From Kiritimatiella glycovorans (GTDB taxonomy: Bacteria > Verrucomicrobiota > Kiritimatiellia > Kiritimatiellales > Kiritimatiellaceae), in NCBI RefSeq assembly GCF_001017655.1, contig NZ_CP010904.1, positions 1,200,001 through 1,232,000 of the forward strand: a stretch of 32,000 bases of DNA, given 5' to 3'. The notes below the pieces were generated by a model. It was given only the letters and a program-made list of their open reading frames with translations, made no database searches and was not told where the DNA came from. Made by a program: the position numbers and the translations under genes. This document shows positions 17,875 through 26,949 of the stretch, one piece after another. How positions within the stretch are numbered: position 1 is the stretch's first letter; the number at the start of each line of letters is the position of its first letter.

Positions 17875-19149
17875 ATGGGAACCGACGCCTTCCAGCCGGT
17901 CCAGGGGATGAGCGACTTTGAAGCGCCGGAGGTCTGCCTCTGGCGCGCACTCGAGGCATCGGCACGGGAGGTCTTTGAGCGCTACGGCTACGAAGAACTC
18001 CGCACGCCCGTCGTTGAACCCCTCGGCATCTATCTCCACTCGCTGGGCGAGACGAGCGATGTGGTGACGAAAGAGATGTATAATTTTGAGGACCGCGGCG
18101 GCCGCCGCCTCGCCCTGCGGCCGGAGGGCACCGCCGGCGTGATCCGCTGTCTCGCCGGGAAGGGGGCCGAAGGACTGCAGGCCCGCGTGTATTACCTCGG
18201 ACCGATGTTCCGCTGTGAACGCACCCAGAAGGGACGCAAACGGCAGTTTCACCAGGCGGGCGTGGAGGCGACCGGCGCGCCGAACCCCAGGGTCGACGCC
18301 GAATGCATCGCCCTGCAGGTCGCCCTGCTCGAGGCCATGGGACTCAAGGGCGCCCGCGTCCGTCTCAATACGCAGGGCGCCCCGCACGAGCGAAAAACCG
18401 TCGCCGACGGCCTGCGCGCGGCGCTTGAACCCGTCCGCGAACAGCTCTGCGAAGATTGCGCGCGCCGCATCGACCAGAACGTGCTGCGCGTCCTCGACTG
18501 CAAGCAGGAGTCCTGCCGGAAGATCGTGGCCGAGATCCCTGCGCCGGTCACCTTCATGCGCGAAGAGTCGCGCAGCTATTTCGACAAGGTGCGGACCCTG
18601 CTCGAGGCCCTGGGCCTGGACGCAGAACAGGACGCGAAACTGGTGCGCGGGCTGGATTATTACGCGCACACGGTCTGGGAACTCACCCATGACGCCCTGG
18701 GGGCGCAGAACGCGATCGCCGGCGGCGGACGCTACGAGATTACCTTCGAGGGCAAAACCGTTCCGGGCGTCGGGTTCGCCGTCGGCATGGAACGGGTGAT
18801 CGACGCCCTCCGCGCCGAAGGGGTGCGGGACGAGGACCATGCGCCCTCGGGAGGCGTCTGGCTGATCTCTCTCGGCGAAAGCGCACTCGACGCGAACATG
18901 GAGCTGGCGTGCCGCCTCCGCCGCGCCGGCATCCGCTGCGGCATGGAACTGGAGCCCAAAAGCATGAAGGCGCAGATGCGCAAGGCCGGCCGCCGGCGTG
19001 CGAATCACGCGGTGATCCGCGGCGAAGACGAGCTGCGCGAGGGCACGGCCGTACTTAAAGACCTCTCCACCGGCGAACAGCGGACCGTGAAAGACGAGCG
19101 TTTGTTTGAGGTTGGAAACCTGAGAGAGGTTTTTGAGTGGGAAACCTGA
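17875..19149 (+). CDS. hisS: histidine--tRNA ligase
   Basis: VQGMSDF, YGYEELRTPVVE, LALRPEGTA, YYLGPMFRCERTQKGRKRQFHQ, GGGRYE and GFAVGMERV motifs. ATG 17875 is preferred. An alternative TTG at 17863 overlaps the upstream stop. The stop TGA 19147-19149 lies inside the tandem repeat array. Confidence 0.92.
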   Translation: MGTDAFQPVQGMSDFEAPEVCLWRALEASAREVFERYGYEELRTPVVEPLGIYLHSLGETSDVVTKEMYNFEDRGGRRLALRPEGTAGVIRCLAGKGAEGLQARVYYLGPMFRCERTQKGRKRQFHQAGVEATGAPNPRVDAECIALQVALLEAMGLKGARVRLNTQGAPHERKTVADGLRAALEPVREQLCEDCARRIDQNVLRVLDCKQESCRKIVAEIPAPVTFMREESRSYFDKVRTLLEALGLDAEQDAKLVRGLDYYAHTVWELTHDALGAQNAIAGGGRYEITFEGKTVPGVGFAVGMERVIDALRAEGVRDEDHAPSGGVWLISLGESALDANMELACRLRRAGIRCGMELEPKSMKAQMRKAGRRRANHAVIRGEDELREGTAVLKDLSTGEQRTVKDERLFEVGNLREVFEWET

Positions 19150-19299
19150 AACCTGAGACCTGAGTAAGAGAGGTTTTTGAGTGGGAAACCTGAAACCTGA
19201 GACCTGAGTAAGAGAGGTTTTTGAGTGAGAGACCTGAAACCTGTTTTGAGTGAGAGACCTGAGACCTGAAACCTGAGTAAGAGACCTGAAACCTGAGTA
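19098..19299. repeat. tandem repeat array: 44-bp units built from RACCTGA heptamer runs
   Basis: There are two identical 44-bp units, 19123-19166 and 19167-19210 (agagaggtttttgagtgggaaacctgaaacctgagacctgagta), with degenerate units on both sides. I count 14 copies of the heptamer (A/G)ACCTGA. Confidence 0.9.
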
Positions 19300-19326
19300 T
19301 TCCGGAACCCGACAAGGAAAGTCCCC

Positions 19327-21120
19327 ATGCATCCCTATCGAACCCATCACTGCGGAGAACTGAAGAAGGCGGACGTGAACGAACGCGTACGGTTATCGGG
19401 CTGGGTCCATTCCGTCCGTGACCACGGCGGAGTCATCTTTATCGACCTGCGCGATCATTACGGCATCACTCAGATCGTGATCGATCCCCGCCAGCCCTTT
19501 TACCGCGACATCGAGCACTGGCGGGTGGAAAGCGTTCTGTGCTTCACCGGCACGGTTACGGCGCGCAGCCCGGAAACCGTGAATCCGCGCCTCGCGACCG
19601 GAGAGATCGAGGTGAGCGCCGACGAGATGCGGGTGCTGGCCGAGGCGGAACCGATCCCTTTCCAGATCGCCAGGGAGGACGACTGTTCCGAGTTCATGCG
19701 GCTGGAACACCGTTACCTCGATCTGCGCCGCCACTCGCTGCACCGGAACATCGTGCTGCGCTCACAGATTATCACCGAGATGCGCAAGGTGTTGACCGAA
19801 CGGGGATTCTGCGAGTACCAGACGCCGATTCTGACGAGCAGTTCGCCCGAAGGCGCGCGCGATTATCTCGTACCCAGTCGCCTGCATCCGGGCAGTTTCT
19901 ACGCGCTGCCCCAGGCGCCGCAGCAGTTCAAGCAGCTGCTCATGGTGGGGGGCTTCGACAAGTACTTCCAGGTCGCGCCCTGTTTCCGCGACGAGGACGC
20001 CCGCGCGGACCGCTCGCCGGGGGAGTTCTACCAGCTCGACATGGAAATGAGCTTCGTCACGCAGGACGAACTGTTCGAGGCGGTGGAAGACGTCATGGTG
20101 CAGGTGTTCCGCAAGTACGGGTGCAGGAAGATGACCGAGGTCCCGTTTCCGCGGCTGCCGTACCGGGAGGCGATGGACAAGTACGGGACGGACAAGCCGG
20201 ACCTGCGCAATCCGCTCGAGATGCGCGATGTGACGGAGATATTCCGCGACAGCGGATTCAACGCGTTCGCGAATACCGTCGCCCAGGGCGGGACGGTGCG
20301 TACGATCGCGGTGAAGGGCTGCGCCGGGCGGCCGCGCAAATTTTTCGATGATATGATCGGCTACGCCCAGTCGGTCGGGGCGAAGGGGCTGGCCTATATC
20401 GCCTGGGTGGACGGCAGGGAGAAGAGCCCGATCGCCAAGTTCCTGAGCCGGGAGGAACTCGACCGGCTCAAGGCCGCGGGCGAGGTCGACGACGGAGACG
20501 TGATGTTCTTCGTCGCGGACGCGGAAAAGGACGCGCTGCGGATCGGCGGACGGGTGCGCGACGAACTGGGTCGGCGTTTGGAACTGATCGACGAAACGAT
20601 CTACCGGTTCTGCTGGGTGGTGGATTTCCCGATGTATGAACTCAATGAGGACACCGGCGAGGTGGAGTTCAGTCACAATCCCTTCTCGATGCCTCAGGGA
20701 GGGATGAAGGATCTGGAGGAGAAGGATCCGCTGGACGTGCTGGCTTACCAGTACGACATCGTCTGCAACGGCGTCGAGCTCTCATCCGGCGCGGTGCGGA
20801 ATCACGATCCGGAGCTGATGTACCGCGCCTTCGAGATCGCGGGGTACGACCGGGGCGAAGTGGACCGCCGCTTTCCGGCGCTGCAGCGCGCCTTCCATTA
20901 CGGCGCGCCGCCGCACGCGGGGATCGCCCCCGGCATCGACCGCATCGTCATGCTCTGCGCAGGGGCGAAGAATATCCGCGAAGTCATCGCCTTCCCGATG
21001 AACCAGCGCGCGCAGGATCTGATGATGAGCGCCCCCAACGCCGTGAGCGAACAGCAGCTCCGCGAACTGCACATCCGTATCCGGCGGCCATCTGCGGGTA
21101 GTCACAACGCTCAATCATAA
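19327..21120 (+). CDS. aspS: aspartate--tRNA ligase
   Basis: RTHHCGEL, RLSGWVHSVRDHGGVIFIDLRD, FYALPQAPQQFKQLLM, CFRDEDARADRSPEFYQLD-type motif 2, and GAPPHAGIAPGIDR motif 3. AAGGAAAG lies upstream of the ATG. Confidence 0.95.
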   Translation: MHPYRTHHCGELKKADVNERVRLSGWVHSVRDHGGVIFIDLRDHYGITQIVIDPRQPFYRDIEHWRVESVLCFTGTVTARSPETVNPRLATGEIEVSADEMRVLAEAEPIPFQIAREDDCSEFMRLEHRYLDLRRHSLHRNIVLRSQIITEMRKVLTERGFCEYQTPILTSSSPEGARDYLVPSRLHPGSFYALPQAPQQFKQLLMVGGFDKYFQVAPCFRDEDARADRSPGEFYQLDMEMSFVTQDELFEAVEDVMVQVFRKYGCRKMTEVPFPRLPYREAMDKYGTDKPDLRNPLEMRDVTEIFRDSGFNAFANTVAQGGTVRTIAVKGCAGRPRKFFDDMIGYAQSVGAKGLAYIAWVDGREKSPIAKFLSREELDRLKAAGEVDDGDVMFFVADAEKDALRIGGRVRDELGRRLELIDETIYRFCWVVDFPMYELNEDTGEVEFSHNPFSMPQGGMKDLEEKDPLDVLAYQYDIVCNGVELSSGAVRNHDPELMYRAFEIAGYDRGEVDRRFPALQRAFHYGAPPHAGIAPGIDRIVMLCAGAKNIREVIAFPMNQRAQDLMMSAPNAVSEQQLRELHIRIRRPSAGSHNAQS

Positions 21121-21175
21121 TCCAGCTCGAACTCGCAGATCAGGATTACGATGATCCCGGTCGGACGTAACGAGA

Positions 21176-22156
<981 letters not shown>

Positions 22157-22166
22157 GGGTACTCTC

Positions 22167-23171
22167 CTATTCGTGAATGACGACGGGGGTCCCGCGCGTG
22201 ACGAGCATATAGACCTCGCGGATGTCTTTGTTCATCATCCGCACGCACCCGGCGCTCGCCTCGCTGCCGATCGAGGCGGGATCGCGGGTGCCGTGGATGC
22301 CGTACCCCTTGAGTTCGGGGCGGTCTTTCGAGATGAGCGGCAGCCAGTGGGTGCCGAGGATATTGTCCGGATGGCCGTAGGGGATGAGCCCGTCCGGGCT
22401 GTACCAGTCCGGGTGCACAACGGGATCGCCCACCTTGAACGTCCCCTCCGGCGTGCGGTCGTGCTTTCCGATCGCGACGCGGTAGCGTTTGAAAAACCGC
22501 TCGTTGAGATAGAGGTCGAGTATGAAGCGGGACTTGTCCACGTCCACGCGGAACGTGCCGTCCAGATAACGCAGACGCATCCCCGGTCTGAGTGCGTCGT
22601 TCTCCAGGTCGTTGCTCTCCTGGAGATAGGCCACCGTGGTGTCGAACCGGCGCGCGAGTTCCCAGAGGTTGTCGCCGGACTTCACGATATACTCCGACTT
22701 CTCACGCATATCCCGGGGAGAAAAGGCCAGTGCCGAATTGACCTGTCCGAGCAGATTTTTCGTGCTGCTCGCCAGCCGTTCGGCGAGATCGCGCTCGAGC
22801 AGGCCGTAGAGTTTATCGCGTGCCGCGCGAAGACGGTTGCCGCGCACCAGCTCCATCGCCTCGCGGAAGACCTCCATCGCGGCCGGGTCGGGCGCCTCCA
22901 CGGCGGGGGAGGGCGAGGGGGGCGTTTCCCGGCCGGATTTCTCCGGGGCGCTTTTTGCGGCCGATGGTTCGGCGGGTTCGGGCGCGGCGGATCCCTCTTC
23001 GGTCGACGCCGGTGCCGCCGGCGCCGGACCGGGGTCCGCGGATACCGCCTCGCGCGAGCGCATGAACCACCAGCCCGCGGCGACCCCCGCCAGGATCAGG
23101 ATGATGATCCACGGGAACCAGCGCCGCCCCCGCGGTGCGCTGTTGAATCTGCGGACGTAGATATCAGTCAT
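22167..23171 (-). CDS. membrane-anchored LysM domain plus YkuD-type L,D-transpeptidase
   Basis: N-terminal TM WFPWIIILILAGVAAGWWF and a Pro/Ala-rich linker. LysM is YIVKSGDNLWELARRFDTTVAYLQESNDL. The YkuD catalytic motif is GIHGTRDPASIGSEASAGCVRMMNKD. ATG 23171 overlaps the kinase stop (ATGA). The upstream in-frame extension to 23243 was rejected. Confidence 0.88.
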   Translation of the reverse strand: MTDIYVRRFNSAPRGRRWFPWIIILILAGVAAGWWFMRSREAVSADPGPAPAAPASTEEGSAAPEPAEPSAAKSAPEKSGRETPPSPSPAVEAPDPAAMEVFREAMELVRGNRLRAARDKLYGLLERDLAERLASSTKNLLGQVNSALAFSPRDMREKSEYIVKSGDNLWELARRFDTTVAYLQESNDLENDALRPGMRLRYLDGTFRVDVDKSRFILDLYLNERFFKRYRVAIGKHDRTPEGTFKVGDPVVHPDWYSPDGLIPYGHPDNILGTHWLPLISKDRPELKGYGIHGTRDPASIGSEASAGCVRMMNKDIREVYMLVTRGTPVVIHE

Positions 23172-23968
23172 GACAAAGCATTCAGGTGGTTGATCACGAG
23201 ACTCATGGACGGATAACGGATTCGCGGGTCTTTCGCAATGCATTTGTTGATAATGCGGTCCAGCGCGGGGGGCGTATCCGGGTTATACGTGCACGCCGAC
23301 GGCGGCGGCTCCGCATCGTCGATGCGTACCTCGTGCCGCGTGTCCGCGGCCTCATAGGGCTTGCGTCCGCAGAGGATCTCGAAGCACACGATTCCGAACG
23401 AGTAGATGTCGGTCTGCGAATCCACGCGGTGCCACTGAAGGGTCTCCGGCGGGAGGTAGGCGGGGGTGCCCGAGAGCTTGCGCTGCTTCATCGGCCGTCC
23501 CCGGTACGGGTGGGCGAGATCGAAATCGATCAGCACAGGCCTGGCCGGCTCGCGGATCAGTATATTCTCGGGTTTGCAGTCGAGATGGAGATAGCCGCGG
23601 GCGTGCACGTAGGCCAGCGCCTGCGCGATGCCGCGTATCATGCACAGCGGATGGGCCTCCAGCAGTTCATGATGCGAGAGCAGCAGCGAGCGCAGGTTCC
23701 CCCCGTCGATGTACTCGACCACCATGAACGGCTGCCGGCCGTGGGGGCTGCGATGAATGATCCGCGGGATGTTCTCATGCCTCAGGTCGGCCTGGATACT
23801 CCCCCCGCGGTTAAAACGCTTGCGTATCAGTGGATTCAAGCAGTATTTTTCGCGGAGGCGGCGAATGAGGACCCGGCGGCCCAAGCCGTCGCGGGCCACG
23901 TGGAGTCGGGTGAATCCCCCTCCGTAGACTTGCCGGATGATCGTGTAGTCGTTAATATCGACCGCCAT
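23168..23968 (-). CDS. stand-alone Hanks-type Ser/Thr protein kinase-like protein (266 aa, no sensor or TM domain), possibly a pseudokinase
   Basis: Catalytic loop YLHLDCKPENILI, then LIDFDLAH (DFG position), SGTPAYLPPE, DIYSFGIVCFEILCGRKPY and KCIAKDPRIRYPS. At the expected VAIK position the sequence reads VLIRRL, and the alphaC RE.. position reads RFNRGG. Confidence 0.85.
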   Translation of the reverse strand: MAVDINDYTIIRQVYGGGFTRLHVARDGLGRRVLIRRLREKYCLNPLIRKRFNRGGSIQADLRHENIPRIIHRSPHGRQPFMVVEYIDGGNLRSLLLSHHELLEAHPLCMIRGIAQALAYVHARGYLHLDCKPENILIREPARPVLIDFDLAHPYRGRPMKQRKLSGTPAYLPPETLQWHRVDSQTDIYSFGIVCFEILCGRKPYEAADTRHEVRIDDAEPPPSACTYNPDTPPALDRIINKCIAKDPRIRYPSMSLVINHLNALS

Positions 23969-24023
23969 TTGCTTGTCTCGAGAGAGTAGACCAACACACC
24001 CGTACGGCTAAAGGAAAAAGCGG

Positions 24024-24833
24024 ATGACCCCATACATGCAGAGCGGACCCATGGCCGGTGGCCAACTCACGCCGATGGTGAAGAACCTGCTGATGATCAC
24101 GGTCGGCGCGTTCCTGCTCCAGTTTGTCTTCGCCGGGCGGATCGAGGCGCTGTTCGCGCTCGACGCCCACTGGTACGACCGATTCGCCGCCTGGAGGCTG
24201 GTCACGTATATTTTCCTGCACGGCGGCACGGGGCACCTCTTCTTTAACATGCTGGCCCTGTTCCTGCTCGGGCCCGCGGTCGAATACGCGCTCGGGTCGC
24301 GCCGGTTTCTCACGCTGTACTTCGTCAGCGGCATCCTCGGCGGGCTGGGCTGGTCGCTGCTCTCCGGGCGGGGCATCTGCGTCGGCGCCTCGGGGTCGAT
24401 CTTCGGCGTGCTGGCCTCCTATGCCGCCCTGTTTCCCAACGCCCGCATGCAGCTTCTTTTCCCGCCGGTCGTGCTGCGCGCCTGGCAGCTCGTAGGCATT
24501 CTCAGCCTCATCGAGCTGATGTCGGTGCTCGGACAGCAGGGCGGCCATGTCGCCAATTCAGCCCATCTCAGCGGCGGGGTCGCGGGGTTCCTCTATGCGG
24601 TTTACCTGGTGCGGAAGAACGAGCCGTGGCGTTTCCGCAGAAGCTTCGGATGGATGGACCTGTTCATGGGCGGCCGCTCGTCATCCTCGCGGCGTACGCC
24701 TCCGCGGCGTACTTCGTCCCGACCCCAGGAGGGCGAAGTCGACCGCATCCTCGATAAGGTCGCCCGCGAGGGTATGAACGCATTGAACGAACGGGAGAGA
24801 AAGATCCTGCGGCGCGCGGGAAGACACGAATAG
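24024..24833 (+). CDS. rhomboid family intramembrane serine protease
   Basis: WRLVTYIFLHGGTGHLFFNM (H...N), GASGSIFG (catalytic Ser) and NSAHLSGGVAG (catalytic His). Multiple TM helices. The charged C-terminal tail ...EVDRILDKVAREGMNALNERERKILRRAGRHE has its last codons inside a repeated 21-mer. Confidence 0.9.
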   Translation: MTPYMQSGPMAGGQLTPMVKNLLMITVGAFLLQFVFAGRIEALFALDAHWYDRFAAWRLVTYIFLHGGTGHLFFNMLALFLLGPAVEYALGSRRFLTLYFVSGILGGLGWSLLSGRGICVGASGSIFGVLASYAALFPNARMQLLFPPVVLRAWQLVGILSLIELMSVLGQQGGHVANSAHLSGGVAGFLYAVYLVRKNEPWRFRRSFGWMDLFMGGRSSSSRRTPPRRTSSRPQEGEVDRILDKVAREGMNALNERERKILRRAGRHE

Positions 24834-24914
24834 GACGGCCCTGACCCCGGCACGCCGACGGCGGCTTCAGGACGGCTCCGGACCTTGCCGGAAAAGATCC
24901 TGCGGCGCGCGGGG
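24822..24914. repeat. direct repeat copy A (93 bp) of the rhomboid/rnc spacer duplication
   Basis: It aligns with 25271-25375 with 4 substitutions and one 12-nt indel. It begins agacacgaataggacggccctgaccccggc and ends aaagatcctgcggcgcgcgggg. Confidence 0.9.
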
Positions 24915-24921
24915 AGTTCTT

Positions 24922-25271
24922 TCCTGAGTTCAACATGGGGACACCCGGGGGAATATCGTACTCGTACTCAGCGAAGCGGTACTCGTACTCGAATTCCTTG
25001 AATCGATGGATGGGATCGCGCCTTCGGCGCTCCGAGTACGCGTACGAGTGCGAGTACGAGTATATGTCCCCCCCCTCAACCAACCTTCAGGTCCTTCATG
25101 GTGAATCCCATGCTCTCTCCCCCTCCGATCTGCCGCATCCCACCTTTCCCGGGAGCCCTTCCATAAAAATCCACGAATAACCCCTTTTCCGCCGGGACAC
25201 CCTGATTCAAAACTCACTTCAATGTTCACAGGGGCATTCGAGCGCTTCTTCGGGTAATGTTGAAGTCAGGA
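24922..25271. mobile_element. MITE-like non-autonomous element candidate (about 350 bp) with 15-bp terminal inverted repeats
   Basis: The left end tcctgagttcaacat (24922-24936) matches the reverse complement of the right end atgttgaagtcagga (25257-25271), which is tcctgacttcaacat (14/15 match). The interior is visibly less GC-rich than the flanks and has no convincing ORF. I could find no clear short target-site duplication. Confidence 0.4.
24953..25065. repeat. long imperfect inverted repeat built from GTACTC/GAGTAC hexamers, with a GC hairpin in the loop
   Basis: Left arm: atatcgtactcgtactcagcgaagcggtactcgtactcg (24953-24991). Right arm: cgagtacgcgtacgagtgcgagtacgagtatat (25033-25065). The central gcgccttcggcgc lies at 25018-25030. 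Confidence 0.8.
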
Positions 25272-25375
25272 GACACGAATAGGACGGCCCTGACCCCGGC
25301 AGGACGACGGTGGCTTCAGGACGGCTCCGGACCGGTCGTTTCACCTTGCCGGGAAAGATCCTGCGGCGCGCGGGG
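25271..25375. repeat. direct repeat copy B (105 bp) of the rhomboid/rnc spacer duplication; encodes the rnc C-terminal tail on the minus strand
   Basis: See copy A. The extra 12 nt ggtcgtttcacc (25334-25345) is in frame and corresponds to GETT in the RNase III tail. Confidence 0.9.
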
Positions 25376-26065
25376 GGTTTTTTCCGACAGCGCGGCTCGC
25401 GCCGCCTCCTTTTCCGCCTCCCGCTTGCTCGGCCCGCAGCCCCGTCCGCAAGGTTCGCCGTCCAGCCGGACCTCGACTTCGAATTCGGGCCGATGTTCGG
25501 GGCCGCGCTGCGAGAGGACCCGGTACTGCGGCAGGCCGCGGCCGCCGCGATGGGCGAAGTGCTGGAGCATGCCTTTCGGATCGGACCACGACTCGGGATG
25601 CTGCAGAATCCGGCGCAACGCGGGCAGCACGCGCCGGAAGACCTCGCGGGCCGCCTCCGTTCCGCCGTCCAGCCAAACTGCCCCGAACATCGCCTCGACC
25701 GCGTCGGCCAGGCTGGACGCGCGATTCCTGCCGCCGTGTTCCTCCTCGCCGCGTCCCAGGCGCAGCAGCTCGCCGAGGCCGAGTTCGCGTCCGAGTTCCG
25801 CGAGAATATCGTCCCGGGTCAGCGCGCTGCGCCGTTTCGTCATCTCGCCCTCATCGTCGTCGGGCTGGTCATGAAAAACGAACTCCGCCGCCAGCAGATT
25901 GATCACGCCGTCGCCGAGAAACTCCAGGCGCTGGTTGTCCCGGGCCGGCGCGGGCTGTTCGTGGCGCCAGGAGGGATGGGTGAGGGCGCGCTGCAGCAGG
26001 TCCGGATCGGCGAATCGATATCCGATCTGCTGCTCGAGGTCGGGAAATGGATGCGTCTCATTCAT
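25316..26065 (-). CDS. rnc: ribonuclease III
   Basis: LEQQIGYRFADPDLLQRALTHPS, NQRLEFLGDGVINL (signature), ADAVEAMFGAVWLDGG, and the dsRBD DPKGMLQHF...PEFEVEVRLDG...GPSKREAEKEAARAAL. ATG 26065 overlaps the xerD stop (ATGA). The upstream extension to 26284 was rejected. Confidence 0.93.
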   Translation of the reverse strand: MNETHPFPDLEQQIGYRFADPDLLQRALTHPSWRHEQPAPARDNQRLEFLGDGVINLLAAEFVFHDQPDDDEGEMTKRRSALTRDDILAELGRELGLGELLRLGRGEEEHGGRNRASSLADAVEAMFGAVWLDGGTEAAREVFRRVLPALRRILQHPESWSDPKGMLQHFAHRGGRGLPQYRVLSQRGPEHRPEFEVEVRLDGEPCGRGCGPSKREAEKEAARAALSEKTPRAPQDLSRQGETTGPEPS

Positions 26066-26949
26066 GCACGGGGATGAAACTGGTGATGGACCGATTTCAG
26101 GCGGGAGGAGTCGACATGCGTGTAGATCTGCGTGGTGGCGATATCGGCGTGGCCGAGCATTTCCTGGATGACCCGCAGCGAGGCGCCGTTGGCGAGCAAA
26201 TGGCTCGCGAAGGAATGGCGGAGCGTGTGCGGGGAGATCTTCTTGGTGATGCCCGCCGTGCGCGCATGCTGCCGGATCATCCACCAGAGCCCCTTGCGCG
26301 AGAAGGGGTGCCGCTGTCGCGTCAGGAACACGGCCTCCGCACCGCCCGGGTCGAGCGACGGCCGGACCTCTCCGAGATAGCGGCGCAGTGCGTCGATCGC
26401 ACGGCGGCCCGCGGGCACGACCCGCTCCTTGCGGCCTTTCCCGGTGCAGCGCAGATAGCCCTCGTCGAGATGCAGATCCGTCAGGCGGAGGCCCGCCAGT
26501 TCCGACACACGCAGTCCCGAGGCGTAGAAGAGTTCCAGGATCGCGATGTCGCGGAGCCCCAGCGGTTGTTCCGGGTCGGGTGCATTGAGCAGGCGGTCGA
26601 CCTCCTCCGGCGTCAGGACGTCCGGCAGCGCGCGGATCAGGCGGGGGGAATCCATCACCTCGGTCACATCCGAGGCGAGCAGTCCCTCGCGCCGGCAGTA
26701 GCGGAAGAACATCTTGATCGCCACGAGCCGCCTTGAGACGGAGGCGGAGGCGAGTCCCCGCTCACGCTCGGCCAGCAGGAAGTCGAGCAGCATTTCGCGG
26801 GTCACCCGGTTGAGCGAGGAGACCCCCTGCCGATCCAGATGGTCGAGCAGGGCCTCGAGATCCGCCCCGTACGCGCAGCGCGTTTGTTCGCTCGCCCCCA
26901 GCTCCAGCGTGAGATAATCCAGGAACTGATCCGCGAGGGGCTGGAGCAT
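26062..26949 (-). CDS. xerD: site-specific tyrosine recombinase XerD-like
   Basis: FLDYLTLELGASEQTRCAYGADLEALLDHL, ILELFYASGLRVSELAGL, and the C-terminal HTLRHSFASHLLANGASLRVIQEMLGHADIATTQIYTHV...HPRA (R-H-R-Y catalytic region). The ATG shares one base with the purC stop (TGATG). The XerC versus XerD assignment is tentative. Confidence 0.85.
   Translation of the reverse strand: MLQPLADQFLDYLTLELGASEQTRCAYGADLEALLDHLDRQGVSSLNRVTREMLLDFLLAERERGLASASVSRRLVAIKMFFRYCRREGLLASDVTEVMDSPRLIRALPDVLTPEEVDRLLNAPDPEQPLGLRDIAILELFYASGLRVSELAGLRLTDLHLDEGYLRCTGKGRKERVVPAGRRAIDALRRYLGEVRPSLDPGGAEAVFLTRQRHPFSRKGLWWMIRQHARTAGITKKISPHTLRHSFASHLLANGASLRVIQEMLGHADIATTQIYTHVDSSRLKSVHHQFHPRA

Noticed and set aside
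24935-25180. An 81-aa ORF inside the MITE-like insert encoding Tyr-rich repeats (ISYSYSAKRYSYS...SEYAYECEYEY). It could have been a repeat peptide or RiPP precursor.
   Set aside because: The Tyr-rich pattern is a direct consequence of the GTACTC/GAGTAC inverted hexamers and appears symmetrically on the other strand. There is no Shine-Dalgarno sequence, the codon usage is atypical, and there are no neighbouring modification enzymes.
24915-25270. A dif-like Xer recombination site in the lower-GC insert near xerD.
   Set aside because: I could not find a 28-bp dif-like imperfect palindrome with an AT-rich central hexamer. Proximity to xerD alone is not evidence.
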